A DNA stretch of 64,000 nt, from the IMG/VR virus record IMGVR_UViG_3300025769_000070. The stretch is one strand, 5' to 3'. The first letter of the stretch is position 1; each line of letters begins with the position of its first letter. The notes under the pieces were generated by a model. The model searched no databases. It was not told where the DNA came from and saw only the letters and a program-made list of their open reading frames with translations. Below, in pieces: positions 45,989-54,359 of the stretch. The stretch is from a virus (taxonomy: Duplodnaviria; Heunggongvirae; Uroviricota; Caudoviricetes). The translations under genes were made by a program, and so were the position numbers.

Positions 45989-46199
45989 AGTTTGGTATCA
46001 ATGGAAAGAATTGATCGAAGGGCGATTGGTTGATGCCGAGTCTAATCCAATGCATAGCGAGACTCCTATAGGCGATTTTCTATTTGATTCACCGGAAGAT
46101 GCGAGGGATTACCTTGACGAATCCTTTGAAGACGAAGTCAAACCGGACTGGATTCTTGTTCGCACAACTTATGATCCCATAGGGGGTTACAATGGCTAA
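45978..46199 (+). CDS. hypothetical acidic protein
   Basis: ORF 45966-46199; probable start MKTEVW after a GGGAGGGAGA SD. Confidence 0.4.
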   Translation: MKTEVWYQWKELIEGRLVDAESNPMHSETPIGDFLFDSPEDARDYLDESFEDEVKPDWILVRTTYDPIGGYNG

Positions 46200-46242
46200 T
46201 AAAAAGAAAAGGCAGGTTTTTAACTAAAATCGCCAAAATACC

Positions 46243-46270
46243 TTGAAATCTCTCTGAGACATGGTACAAT
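46243..46270 (+). promoter_or_regulatory. sigma70-type promoter (TTGAAA-16-TACAAT)
   Basis: Hexamers with a 16-nt spacer. Confidence 0.4.
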
Positions 46271-46567
46271 TGACACAGCGGTGATCTAGTGATGACGATT
46301 ACAATATGATCACCAATGTTGGCTTGACCGCCAGTGTTTGACCGGCAACACAAAAAGTCCGTCTGAGATGTTTCCCAGTTCTTTAAGCTAGACGTTAAAC
46401 GATAGAATGTGGCGTAGAATGTTATAATAGTGTTCACCAGGTTCTGAATCTTTTACAACGTCAGAGAAAGATAAATGATCCGGCGTGTCAACGAAAGTTG
46501 TTAAATTGTTCCACTGCGGTGAGTTCAAACACGTAATCTATCAGTTTTGGTCGTTTACTGAGGTAAC

Positions 46568-46652
46568 AACTAAACGGCCACAGGGGATTTGGTGTATTTG
46601 GTAACACGCCGCTATTTAAGCGAGGCACATCGGTTCGATTCCGATTTTAGTT
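46568..46652 (+). other. tRNA-like element (class-II-like, non-canonical anticodon arm)
   Basis: Perfect 7-bp acceptor pairing AACTAAA/TTTAGTT. T-arm ATCGG-TTCGATT-CCGAT. D-arm GCCA...TGGT with GG. The anticodon arm has only a GTGT/ACAC stem with an 8-nt loop. Confidence 0.3.
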
Positions 46653-46673
46653 TGGAACGCCTGAAATTGAGAA

Positions 46674-46699
46674 GTGAGGTTCGAATCCTTACAATCCCA
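46674..46699 (+). other. tRNA 3'-half-like fragment (T-arm GGTTCGAATCC + acceptor-like tail)
   Basis: TGAGG-TTCGAAT-CCTTA then CAATCCCA. No matching 5' half at tRNA distance. Confidence 0.25.
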
Positions 46700-46718
46700 T
46701 TTGGTATCCTGATTTTGC

Positions 46719-46746
46719 TTGACTGTTCGTGTCAACGTGGTACAAT
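46719..46746 (+). promoter_or_regulatory. sigma70-type promoter (TTGACT-16-TACAAT)
   Basis: Upstream of the gene at 46811. Confidence 0.45.
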
Positions 46747-46810
46747 TCGCATATGAAAAACGTGCTCATCACAGCACTGATTTTGGGCTTCCTTTTGGAG
46801 TGGTTTAGAG

Positions 46811-47086
46811 ATGAAGATTAGCAGAGCAAAAGCGTTAAAACTTATTAAGGCTTCTAACGGGAAGACTTTTGGAGTTGGTTTCATTAAAAAGAACGGGGAG
46901 CAAAGGAATATGAATGCCCGTCTGGGTGTTAAAAAGGGAGTTATTGGTGTGGGGATGAAATACGATCCATCAGAACATGATTTGATCACCGCTTTCGATA
47001 TGAAGAAAGACGGTTTTCGTATGATCAACCTTAACACTCTTTTCAGACTTTCAACCAAAAAGAAAACTTACGAAATCGTAGATTAG
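46811..47086 (+). CDS. hypothetical basic protein
   Basis: 91-aa ORF with a GGAGTGG SD. Confidence 0.45.
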   Translation: MKISRAKALKLIKASNGKTFGVGFIKKNGEQRNMNARLGVKKGVIGVGMKYDPSEHDLITAFDMKKDGFRMINLNTLFRLSTKKKTYEIVD

Positions 47087-47091
47087 GGGGG

Positions 47092-47316
47092 ATGGTGGAA
47101 GAAGAACTTGAAGAAATCAGAGAAAGAATAAAAAGGCAGCACCTTAACTATCTATGGCAAGAAGATCACATGATGGAAATCATCATGCAAATTTGTCGAG
47201 AACAGGATGATGATCGAGAAGCTGTTAAAAATGTTATCAAGTCTACTATCTCTTTGGCATATTCGACAGGAGCCGCTGACGCCACTGAGATGACTATTGA
47301 ATTACTCAATAAATAG
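47092..47316 (+). CDS. hypothetical acidic protein
   Basis: 74-aa ORF with an AGGGGGG SD. Confidence 0.45.
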   Translation: MVEEELEEIRERIKRQHLNYLWQEDHMMEIIMQICREQDDDREAVKNVIKSTISLAYSTGAADATEMTIELLNK

Positions 47317-47328
47317 GATCAGATTGAA

Positions 47329-47362
47329 GCCTCAGATTGCATCAGTAATCTGGGGCTTTTTT
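47329..47362 (+). terminator. rho-independent terminator
   Basis: CAGATTGCATCAGTAATCTG hairpin followed by GGGGCTTTTTTG. Confidence 0.4.
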
Positions 47363-47381
47363 GTATTCATAGGGTGCAACA

Positions 47382-47411
47382 GAGCAGCCGCTGGCGGCTG
47401 CTCGTTTGTGT
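47382..47411 (+). terminator. GC hairpin family member with U-rich tail
   Basis: GAGCAGCCGCTGGCGGCTGCTC followed by GTTTGTGT. Confidence 0.45.
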
Positions 47412-47464
47412 ATCTGCCTATACGGGTGAATTCGGCTATTTTTCACTTTTTAGACTTAAGACTA

Positions 47465-47492
47465 TTGCAATCAACTGTCGATATATTATAAT
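47465..47492 (+). promoter_or_regulatory. sigma70-type promoter (TTGCAA-16-TATAAT)
   Basis: TTGCAATCAACTGTCGATATATTATAATAGGGACATGAAG. Confidence 0.5.
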
Positions 47493-47538
47493 AGGGACAT
47501 GAAGGGGAGAGAACGAAACACTAAACGGGGGAGAGAGA

Positions 47539-47724
47539 ATGAAGTTTAGAGTGACAATGAAGAATCCTGATTGTGTGTCGCAGGCTATCGACGACGCCAT
47601 TGCTGATGATCCTCATCAGGAAGACGATATCAGATCAGCTATCTCTAGGTGGTTCAAATACGAGGATTATTTGGAAGTAGAGATTGACACTTCTGTCGGA
47701 ACTTGCGTGGTGATCAAACCATGA
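47539..47724 (+). CDS. hypothetical small protein
   Basis: 61-aa ORF with a GGGGGAGAGAGA SD. Confidence 0.4.
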   Translation: MKFRVTMKNPDCVSQAIDDAIADDPHQEDDIRSAISRWFKYEDYLEVEIDTSVGTCVVIKP

Positions 47725-47888
47725 ACAATCAAAGAGCTATACTTGAACAGTTGCGGGATGCGTTAGCGATTGTGTCTGAAGCGTATATCGAATGTCCACA
47801 TTGTGTTTGTGGGCCGGTATTGCAAGCCAAACAGAGTCTTGAGGATGCTGTCCATAGACTAGAAAAAAACATTGAAAGTTCAAACTAG
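47703..47888 (+). CDS. hypothetical small protein (CxxC...CxC)
   Basis: 61-aa ORF overlapping the upstream gene by 22 nt. Confidence 0.4.
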   Translation: MRGDQTMNNQRAILEQLRDALAIVSEAYIECPHCVCGPVLQAKQSLEDAVHRLEKNIESSN

Positions 47889-47921
47889 TAAAAAGGAAGG
47901 CAGATTAACGCAAGAAAACAC

Positions 47922-47949
47922 TTGACACGGCCAGTAACTAAGTTATAAT
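47922..47949 (+). promoter_or_regulatory. sigma70-type promoter (TTGACA-16-TATAAT)
   Basis: Perfect consensus hexamers. Confidence 0.55.
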
Positions 47950-47978
47950 ACGGAAGTCAACTCACACGGGGGAAAACG

Positions 47979-48722
47979 ATGATTACATTTTCAGAAGCGA
48001 ACAGTAAACTCAAAAAATTGCAAGCCGTTACTGGTCGAACTGTTTTCAGCTTCGACCTATTGTCGGGGCACACTTGTCCCGGTGCGAAGGATTGTTTCAC
48101 CAAAGTTGTTTATGATTGGCTGACAGATACTTATTCGCTGTTCGATGGTCCTGATCAGGAGTTTCGTTGTTACGCTGCAAGCCAAGAGCAACAATATACA
48201 GGCGTTTACAATAAGCGTCTCGAAAACTGGACTATCCTGGAAAGAATGTCCAGTCCGAACATAATGGCAGCAGCTATTGAAGCTGCTATGCCTAGTCACG
48301 CGGCGACTATTCGGATTCATTCAGGCGGCGACTTCTTTAGTATGTCTTATTTCAAGGCATGGATACTTGTTGCCAAACGCAACCCGCTAAAAAGATTCTA
48401 TGCGTACACTAAGTTTCTGCCAGCATGGGTTAAATTTATGGGGATTATTCCCGCAAATTTAATTCTGACGGCATCGCGTGGTGGGCGTTATGATCATCTG
48501 ATCGACAAACACGGTCTGAGAGAAGCTAAGGTGATCTATGACGAGTCTGAGGCTAACGGTCTGGCGATTGATGTTGACGATTCTATTGCCGCCGATCCTG
48601 ATCGGAGAAATGAGGATTTCTGTCTGCTGATCCACGGACAAGGGCAAGCGGGTTCTGATCAGGCAAAGATTCACAGTGAACTAACACGGGCAAAACGAAA
48701 CGCCAAACTAATCTCTAACTAG
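47979..48722 (+). CDS. hypothetical protein (GHTCPGAKDC motif)
   Basis: 247-aa ORF with a GGGGGAAAACG SD. Confidence 0.5.
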   Translation: MITFSEANSKLKKLQAVTGRTVFSFDLLSGHTCPGAKDCFTKVVYDWLTDTYSLFDGPDQEFRCYAASQEQQYTGVYNKRLENWTILERMSSPNIMAAAIEAAMPSHAATIRIHSGGDFFSMSYFKAWILVAKRNPLKRFYAYTKFLPAWVKFMGIIPANLILTASRGGRYDHLIDKHGLREAKVIYDESEANGLAIDVDDSIAADPDRRNEDFCLLIHGQGQAGSDQAKIHSELTRAKRNAKLISN

Positions 48723-48735
48723 GGGGACCAAACCT

Positions 48736-49038
48736 GTGACTATTGAAGAACAAATTGCTGTAATGGACGCTTTCCGTAATGGGTTTTGTATTGATTCCCG
48801 CCTAAAATCCCCGCCGGGAGTTGTAAAGTCTTGCTGGTGCTGTAATGAGAGTCCGGGTTGGGATTGGGTTAACTATGAATATCGGGTTCGACCTGTGCCA
48901 AAAATTACTCGTCAAAATTTAATTGACGATATAATCACGGTGTGCCGCAATGCGGAGAATCGTATGTTAGCGGCGAACCACCGTCATGTTACTGGTAGCC
49001 AAGTTTTCTGGGATGAAGACGAATTCTCAGAAAACTAG
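48736..49038 (+). CDS. hypothetical Cys/Trp-containing protein
   Basis: 100-aa ORF. Confidence 0.45.
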   Translation: MTIEEQIAVMDAFRNGFCIDSRLKSPPGVVKSCWCCNESPGWDWVNYEYRVRPVPKITRQNLIDDIITVCRNAENRMLAANHRHVTGSQVFWDEDEFSEN

Positions 49039-49048
49039 AAGAAACGAC

Positions 49049-49076
49049 TTGCATTAGCTTTAGCTTATGCTATAAT
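49049..49076 (+). promoter_or_regulatory. sigma70-type promoter (TTGCAT-16-TATAAT)
   Basis: Hexamers with a 16-nt spacer. Confidence 0.45.
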
Positions 49077-49110
49077 TTGGAAAAGACCAGGCATGTGACC
49101 TGGCAACATT

Positions 49111-49464
49111 TTGACCGGGAACAAAGTTCCCCTTTTTGAAAAGAGGTTTGCTATGGAAGACACGACTTTTGTGGAAATGTGGATTGACACTCACGCTGAA
49201 GGTGGCACCATCAATGACATGGTTAAAAACTATCGTCAGGCGGTGCCGGAATGTACCGCGAGCGATGCAAGTCTGAAGACTGCACTCTCGACCCGAGCTA
49301 CTAAAATCAGGGCAGAACTGATTGCTCTGGGAAAAACTGAAGATGAAGTCACGAAACTCTTCCCAAAGTTCCCGCGAGCCACCAAAACCAAGCAGAATCT
49401 CCAGTCTGCTGTTGCCCGTATCCTTGAAATGGCAGGAGAAAAAGCTGAACCGGAAGGAGAATGA
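49111..49464 (+). CDS. hypothetical protein
   Basis: 117-aa ORF with an AAAGAGG SD. Confidence 0.45.
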   Translation: MTGNKVPLFEKRFAMEDTTFVEMWIDTHAEGGTINDMVKNYRQAVPECTASDASLKTALSTRATKIRAELIALGKTEDEVTKLFPKFPRATKTKQNLQSAVARILEMAGEKAEPEGE

Positions 49465-49556
49465 AAACACTCCTGATCATTGGATTTTGTGTAGGATTCA
49501 TGCTATCCTTCGTGTCTGATGAGTAGTTCAAGTGGGGGAGAAATCCCCCACTATTT

Positions 49557-49640
49557 GCGGGCGTGATGTAATTGGCAGCCATATTCCGCTTAAACCGGAA
49601 TGGGAACAATCCCGTGCAGGTTCGAATCCTGTCGCCCGTA
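49557..49640 (+). tRNA. tRNA-Leu(UAA), class II
   Basis: Acceptor GCGGGCG/CGCCCGT (G1-U72 wobble). 3-bp D stem ATG/CAT with GG in the loop. Anticodon stem TTCCG/CGGAA with loop CTTAAAC, giving anticodon UAA. Long variable arm GGGAACAATCCC. T-arm GCAGG-TTCGAAT-CCTGT. Discriminator A. Confidence 0.7.
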
Positions 49641-49692
49641 TTATAGTTGAAAACCTGGTAAAAAGACAAGGCCAAATAGGGGGAATCTTCTT

Positions 49693-49953
49693 ATGAGGAT
49701 TATTGAAGCCAGCTTATGTTTGAGATTTTACCGATCAAACGGCTGGACGCGAGAAGCCGTTCGGGAACTGTTATCCGATGATAAACGTCTGTCGCGAGTA
49801 TGTCCAAGGTATTTTGACGACCGTGACAGAGTTGGGGTAGAAGATGATCTGCCCCATGATGATTGTGATTACTTCGCAGTCTATGATTGTGGAGATCCAT
49901 TCTCAAAGGATGCAATCGCGAAACATGAACTGATACCGTTCATGCTGGGCTGA
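49693..49953 (+). CDS. hypothetical protein
   Basis: 86-aa ORF with an AGGGGGAATC SD. Confidence 0.4.
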   Translation: MRIIEASLCLRFYRSNGWTREAVRELLSDDKRLSRVCPRYFDDRDRVGVEDDLPHDDCDYFAVYDCGDPFSKDAIAKHELIPFMLG

Positions 49954-49969
49954 GGCTGATTCTTCCAAA

Positions 49970-50043
49970 GGCAAGAGGGGTTGTATTACCCCTTCTTGCC
50001 CGCTTCCGCAGCGTAGCTGCGGGTAATTGACCGTCTTTTTTCG
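49970..50043 (+). terminator. tandem hairpins + T-tract (end of GC-richer early module)
   Basis: GGCAAGAGGGG-ttgtatta-CCCCTTCTTGCC (11 bp), then CCGCAGC-gta-GCTGCGG, then TCTTTTTT. Confidence 0.5.
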
Positions 50044-50474
50044 TCGCTAGGGCACGGGATAAAATGCAAATACATGGTAATGTACCTTGCTTTAAATTAG
50101 ATTTTATATTCAATCTTTGGTTTAGTAACCAGATCTCTCTAGCTCTTAAGTATAGATTACAAACTCTTGCCCAAACTGGCATTGCAGAAGTATCTGTTAA
50201 TATAAAGAAAGCTTATATTGAATCGCCTGTATAAGCTTGCTCCCCGCCATAAGTGGCGGATTAAACACATCTTTCCTTTGCCAAGGTACGTGATTAATGA
50301 GTCGTACTAAGAATTTATACTCGCTTTTAAACCAAGTACATAAATGTGTTCCAAGAACTAACCTTCTAGCCCATTTACCCATTATTGAATTTGAGTTAAT
50401 CTTTGATCATGAGTTTATGAGTGCAAAACGCAATAACTCTTGGCAAATTTATGAAATTGTTTTAGGATTCTATA

Positions 50475-51173
50475 ATGCATCAGATTGCAGATCTCCAGAA
50501 CCGCCTAGATTCCGCTTACAAAGTTTTGACGGAAGATTTAGACAAACAGAAGTATCTGAATGAGCTACAACAGATCCAAAATGAGTTCCCTGATCTGGTA
50601 AAAAAGGAATTCCTCAGTCGTCAGGACAAACGAACATTCTTGGAATTTGGGGAATCTATAGCAGACCATATACGGGGAGAGCGGGAAATTGCCGATTTTT
50701 GGATGGGGAACTATGGGGAACAATGGTTTGGCACAAAAAGTTACCAATATAAAGGCGTGGATTCTAGGGGAAGATTAATTTGTGCTAGTTTGAAATTACG
50801 CTCAACTTTCAAAGAGCCAGATTTAGTCATAAATTCCAATACTGAAGAAGAAGAGTATGTAGAGCTAAAAACTTGCCGCGTATTATACAAAGCTACCTAT
50901 AAAGAGGCTGATATCCGCCATTATGGTAAGCTAGGCAATGTAAACATAGTGACACTCCACGCCACCGGCCAGTTCTCTCTTAATAAAGTTGGCTACTATA
51001 CACTACTCACTCCGAATGGCCTTTCTCTTTTACTAGATAAAATGGATTCAGGAGAGGTCCAAGTAGAACCTAGACCTGAATTTGGGGGCAGAAAATGCAT
51101 CAATTTCACGAGAGAACAGCTTAAAAACCACTTCTACGTTGAAGATATCGACCTAAAAAATGTGCAAATATAA
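50475..51173 (+). CDS. hypothetical protein
   Basis: 232-aa ORF. Confidence 0.45.
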   Translation: MHQIADLQNRLDSAYKVLTEDLDKQKYLNELQQIQNEFPDLVKKEFLSRQDKRTFLEFGESIADHIRGEREIADFWMGNYGEQWFGTKSYQYKGVDSRGRLICASLKLRSTFKEPDLVINSNTEEEEYVELKTCRVLYKATYKEADIRHYGKLGNVNIVTLHATGQFSLNKVGYYTLLTPNGLSLLLDKMDSGEVQVEPRPEFGGRKCINFTREQLKNHFYVEDIDLKNVQI

Positions 51174-51350
51174 ACAAATCGGCTTTTTAGCAATCTTGAT
51201 ACTCCACTGGCGGCAGATTTTATGAATGAAACTGCCCGTCTTTTGTAAGTTATTGGTACTAAAGGACTTAGAAAATGGGTCTTTTTGTGCCAATTTTTGA
51301 AAAAGTGGCGAGCCAGATGCTAATTTGAACAAATATGGAGCATACATCAC

Positions 51351-51378
51351 TTGACAAGAGTCATTCTTGTGGTATAAT
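51351..51378 (+). promoter_or_regulatory. sigma70-type promoter (TTGACA-16-TATAAT) preceding ~380-nt untranslated region
   Basis: Perfect hexamers; the next start codon is at 51763. Confidence 0.5.
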
Positions 51379-51762
51379 GGTCCTAGTTGTCATCGACAGG
51401 CAGATAACTGGTCTATGAGCGGAGTGTATGAGTTGAACACATAAAAAGACGTATCTGGTAGAATCTTGTAGGATTTTAACAGGTTCAGGTGTATTAGTAG
51501 TGTAATACACTAAGCGTGTTGTGTGGTGACCTGGTTCAAAAAATCCCCCATTTCCCACACTCTCTACCACTCTCTCTCTTCTATTACTCTATGTATATAG
51601 TATATTAGTTTAGTTTGTTTGTTTTTTATTTTAAGGGTAATTTTTATAAGTTGTGTTGTTTTTTGTAAATACGCCTCGAAAAAAATAGAAAGCAAGAAGA
51701 AAAATTTAACATTCTATTTATTAACGCGGTTATTTTATACACAAATACCATAGGATCAAGCA

Positions 51763-52143
51763 ATGAACGAAGAAATACAAAATAAGCTGTTAGGTTACCT
51801 ATCAAAGGTTGAAAATAGTATTAATGATGTGGTGGACTTTGGGTCTGACCAAGTGCCGCTTTTAGTCCAAGAAATCTTAATTTATACGGGGATAGAAGCT
51901 GCACTATATGCCACGCTCCAGATCATCTCTTCCTTATTTTTCTTGTATATAGGGAAGAAAATGTCTTTAGCTATAAAAGAAGTAATTAACGATGAACAAC
52001 ATTATATCCCCATAGTATTTTCACTGATGATATCTACACCATTTTTATGTTCTGCTCTAGAAAACATACTAATAGTCTTAAAGGTGTATTTTGCCCCTCG
52101 TATATTTCTGTTGGAATATATTCGGGAGATTATCAGAAATTAG
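51763..52143 (+). CDS. small membrane protein (2 TM helices; holin-like size)
   Basis: Hydrophobic segments IYTGIEAALYATLQIISSLFFLYI and IPIVFSLMISTPFLCSALENILIVL. Confidence 0.4.
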   Translation: MNEEIQNKLLGYLSKVENSINDVVDFGSDQVPLLVQEILIYTGIEAALYATLQIISSLFFLYIGKKMSLAIKEVINDEQHYIPIVFSLMISTPFLCSALENILIVLKVYFAPRIFLLEYIREIIRN

Positions 52144-52254
52144 CCAAAGTATACAATAGGAAATTTAACCCCGAAAATTTAGTAATTTAGAACCCTCCAG
52201 TCATTCATTTGGTTGGGGGTTTTCTTTTATCCTTTTAAAAAGAGAAGGCCCAAA

Positions 52255-53469
52255 ATGCAGAAACTTCAAACAATGGTAGATAATCTTAAAGCAACGAGTT
52301 CTCGTAATAATAAGATACAAATTCTTAAAGACAATCCTTGGTCTAAAGATATTCTCTTTCGTATATACAACCCGGATATTCTTTATGGGGTAAAATCGGG
52401 AAAATGCCGGAAATTATCACACCTAAAAGGTCTCCATTCTAATGACCTTTATCATTTACTAGACCAATTGATTAAACACAGTGGTCATGATTGTGTAAGG
52501 CTTGTTAATCAGTTTGTTCTGGACAACCCTAATTATGAAGAATTGATTTATAATGTCGTGGACAAGTCTTTAAAATGTAGGATTGATGATACAGTTATTA
52601 ATTCCGCATTCCCTGGACTTATTCCTACGTTTAATGTCGCTTTAGCTGAACAATATGATAAATACTCTGATAGAGTCAAACCCGACTGGCTTTGGTCAAG
52701 AAAATTAGACGGGGTACGTCTGATAGCGACCAAGAGAGGCTCAGACGTAACTTATCAATCCAGAGAGGGTAAGTACTTCACAACGCTAGACGCCCTCACA
52801 GAGCAGATTAGAGGTATTGAGGGCGACTTTGTCCTGGATGGTGAAATTTGTGTGATGAAAGACGGTAATGAGGATTTTTCTGGTATTGTGGGGGCTGTTA
52901 AAAGAAAAGGCCATACAATTGAAAATCCTAAATTCTTCGTATTCGACATCTTGACTATTGAAGAGTTCGAATCGCGGGAATCCACGTCTGTACTGAAAGA
53001 AAGGCTTGCCAGACTGGAATTTTCCGGTAAAATTGAGAAATTAGAACAGAGGGAGATTGGAGATGGGGGATTATTTGATTACCCCGATACTTGGGAAGGT
53101 TTGATTCTTAGGGCGAATGTTCCCTATGAAGGCAAGCGTACCTCAAATATGCTCAAGGTAAAGAAATTTCAAGACGATGAATATGTCGTGGAATCTTTAG
53201 AAATTGGAGACTTTCAGATCGTAGAAGACGGTCGGGAAAAAATTATTGAGACTGTAACCAATGTCTCCTTTTCTCATAAGGGTGAGAAGGTAAGTGCCGG
53301 ATCTGGATTTAGCCTTGACCAAAGAAAAGAATATTATGCCGATCATAGTAAGATTATCGGTAAAGTTGTAACAATCAAACACTTTGGAGAGAGCAAAGAT
53401 AAAAACGGTAAAATCTCTTTAAGGTTTCCTACTATTAAAATAGTACATGGTGATCATCGTAAAATCTAA
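52255..53469 (+). CDS. ATP-dependent DNA ligase
   Basis: Motif I KLDGVR, motif III LDGEICV, motif IV EGLILRAN, motif V LKVKKF. ORF 52213-53469; start MQKLQT with an AGAGAAGG SD. Confidence 0.85.
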   Translation: MQKLQTMVDNLKATSSRNNKIQILKDNPWSKDILFRIYNPDILYGVKSGKCRKLSHLKGLHSNDLYHLLDQLIKHSGHDCVRLVNQFVLDNPNYEELIYNVVDKSLKCRIDDTVINSAFPGLIPTFNVALAEQYDKYSDRVKPDWLWSRKLDGVRLIATKRGSDVTYQSREGKYFTTLDALTEQIRGIEGDFVLDGEICVMKDGNEDFSGIVGAVKRKGHTIENPKFFVFDILTIEEFESRESTSVLKERLARLEFSGKIEKLEQREIGDGGLFDYPDTWEGLILRANVPYEGKRTSNMLKVKKFQDDEYVVESLEIGDFQIVEDGREKIIETVTNVSFSHKGEKVSAGSGFSLDQRKEYYADHSKIIGKVVTIKHFGESKDKNGKISLRFPTIKIVHGDHRKI

Positions 53470-53475
53470 TCAATT

Positions 53476-53967
53476 ATGATAAATAAATTTAGACACATTC
53501 AATACACTGATGATGGATGCGATGAATATCAGTGTTTAAGCTGCTATGGAAAGTTAGAAATCCGGTATATCAATAATTGGAAATTCTGCCCAATGTGTGG
53601 TATCGAGTTTTCAGGTGAATTAGAGTGTAGGGAACATAACACGCCGTCGTGGCTGTACAAGCTTGATCTGGATTACCATGATCAGTATGAGCTTAAGAAA
53701 AAGCTCTGGAAAACTAAGAAGTCAGGATGGGTAATTGAATATAGGGATATTTGGTTTAATAAGTCAGATAGCGGAGAAATTTTATATAGACACGATCATT
53801 TTGCTTCAACTAATTGGGCTGTCTATAGAGATAATAGGTCTATAAATATTACAGCTATTGAAATTTTTAAACATCTTAAAGATTTAAGGTTTCAGAGTCG
53901 AATAGACTATAATATTTTAGATTATGGTCTTATTACTGAATATAGAGGAAGATATGTCTCGAATTGA
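53476..53967 (+). CDS. zinc-ribbon-containing hypothetical protein
   Basis: CxxC...CxxC near the N-terminus. 163 aa. Confidence 0.45.
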   Translation: MINKFRHIQYTDDGCDEYQCLSCYGKLEIRYINNWKFCPMCGIEFSGELECREHNTPSWLYKLDLDYHDQYELKKKLWKTKKSGWVIEYRDIWFNKSDSGEILYRHDHFASTNWAVYRDNRSINITAIEIFKHLKDLRFQSRIDYNILDYGLITEYRGRYVSN

Positions 53968-54095
53968 ATTAGACTTATTTATTAGTGGTCTAGAATATTC
54001 CTTTTGGATTCAATGTTTAATGTTTAATGATGAATTCATCGTGTTTGTCCCCAGATATATTACTGATTTAGAAAGTGTAGTTAGTAGGTGTTATA

Positions 54096-54359
54096 ATGAG
54101 TAATTTTGTATTCTCTAGTATGCTACACTCGCAGTTAAACTCGCAGTTACACTGGCATTTATACTCAGAGTTAGACTCGCAGTTACACTCGCAGTTAAGC
54201 TCACAGTCACACTGGCAGTTATACTCGCAGTCACACTGGCAGTTATACTCGCAGTTAAGCTCGCAGTTACGCTCGCGGTTACACTCGAAGTTAATCTCGC
54301 AGTTAGGCTCGCAGTTATACTGGCAGTTAGACTCGCGGTTGGAGAGAGATAGTGAATAG
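54096..54359 (+). CDS. lead mini-ORF of array A (MSNFVFSSMLH + (SQLx)n ...QLERDSE), coding status uncertain
   Basis: Real ATG with an AGGTG SD and a unique N-terminus. Downstream blocks re-start at GTG inside the punctuation with a GGAGAG SD. Punctuation carries stops in two plus-strand frames. Confidence 0.3.
   Translation: MSNFVFSSMLHSQLNSQLHWHLYSELDSQLHSQLSSQSHWQLYSQSHWQLYSQLSSQLRSRLHSKLISQLGSQLYWQLDSRLERDSE

Noticed and set aside
49500-49556. Hammerhead-ribozyme-like CUGAUGAG ... GAAA upstream of tRNA-Leu
   Set aside because: The GAAA lies inside the loop of the GUGGGGG/CCCCCAC hairpin rather than after helix II, so the core geometry is not satisfied. More likely a simple hairpin or processing stem.
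50297-50563. 88-aa plus ORF overlapping the start of the 50475-51173 gene
   Set aside because: Overlaps the better-supported 232-aa ORF by 89 nt in another frame. Weak start context.
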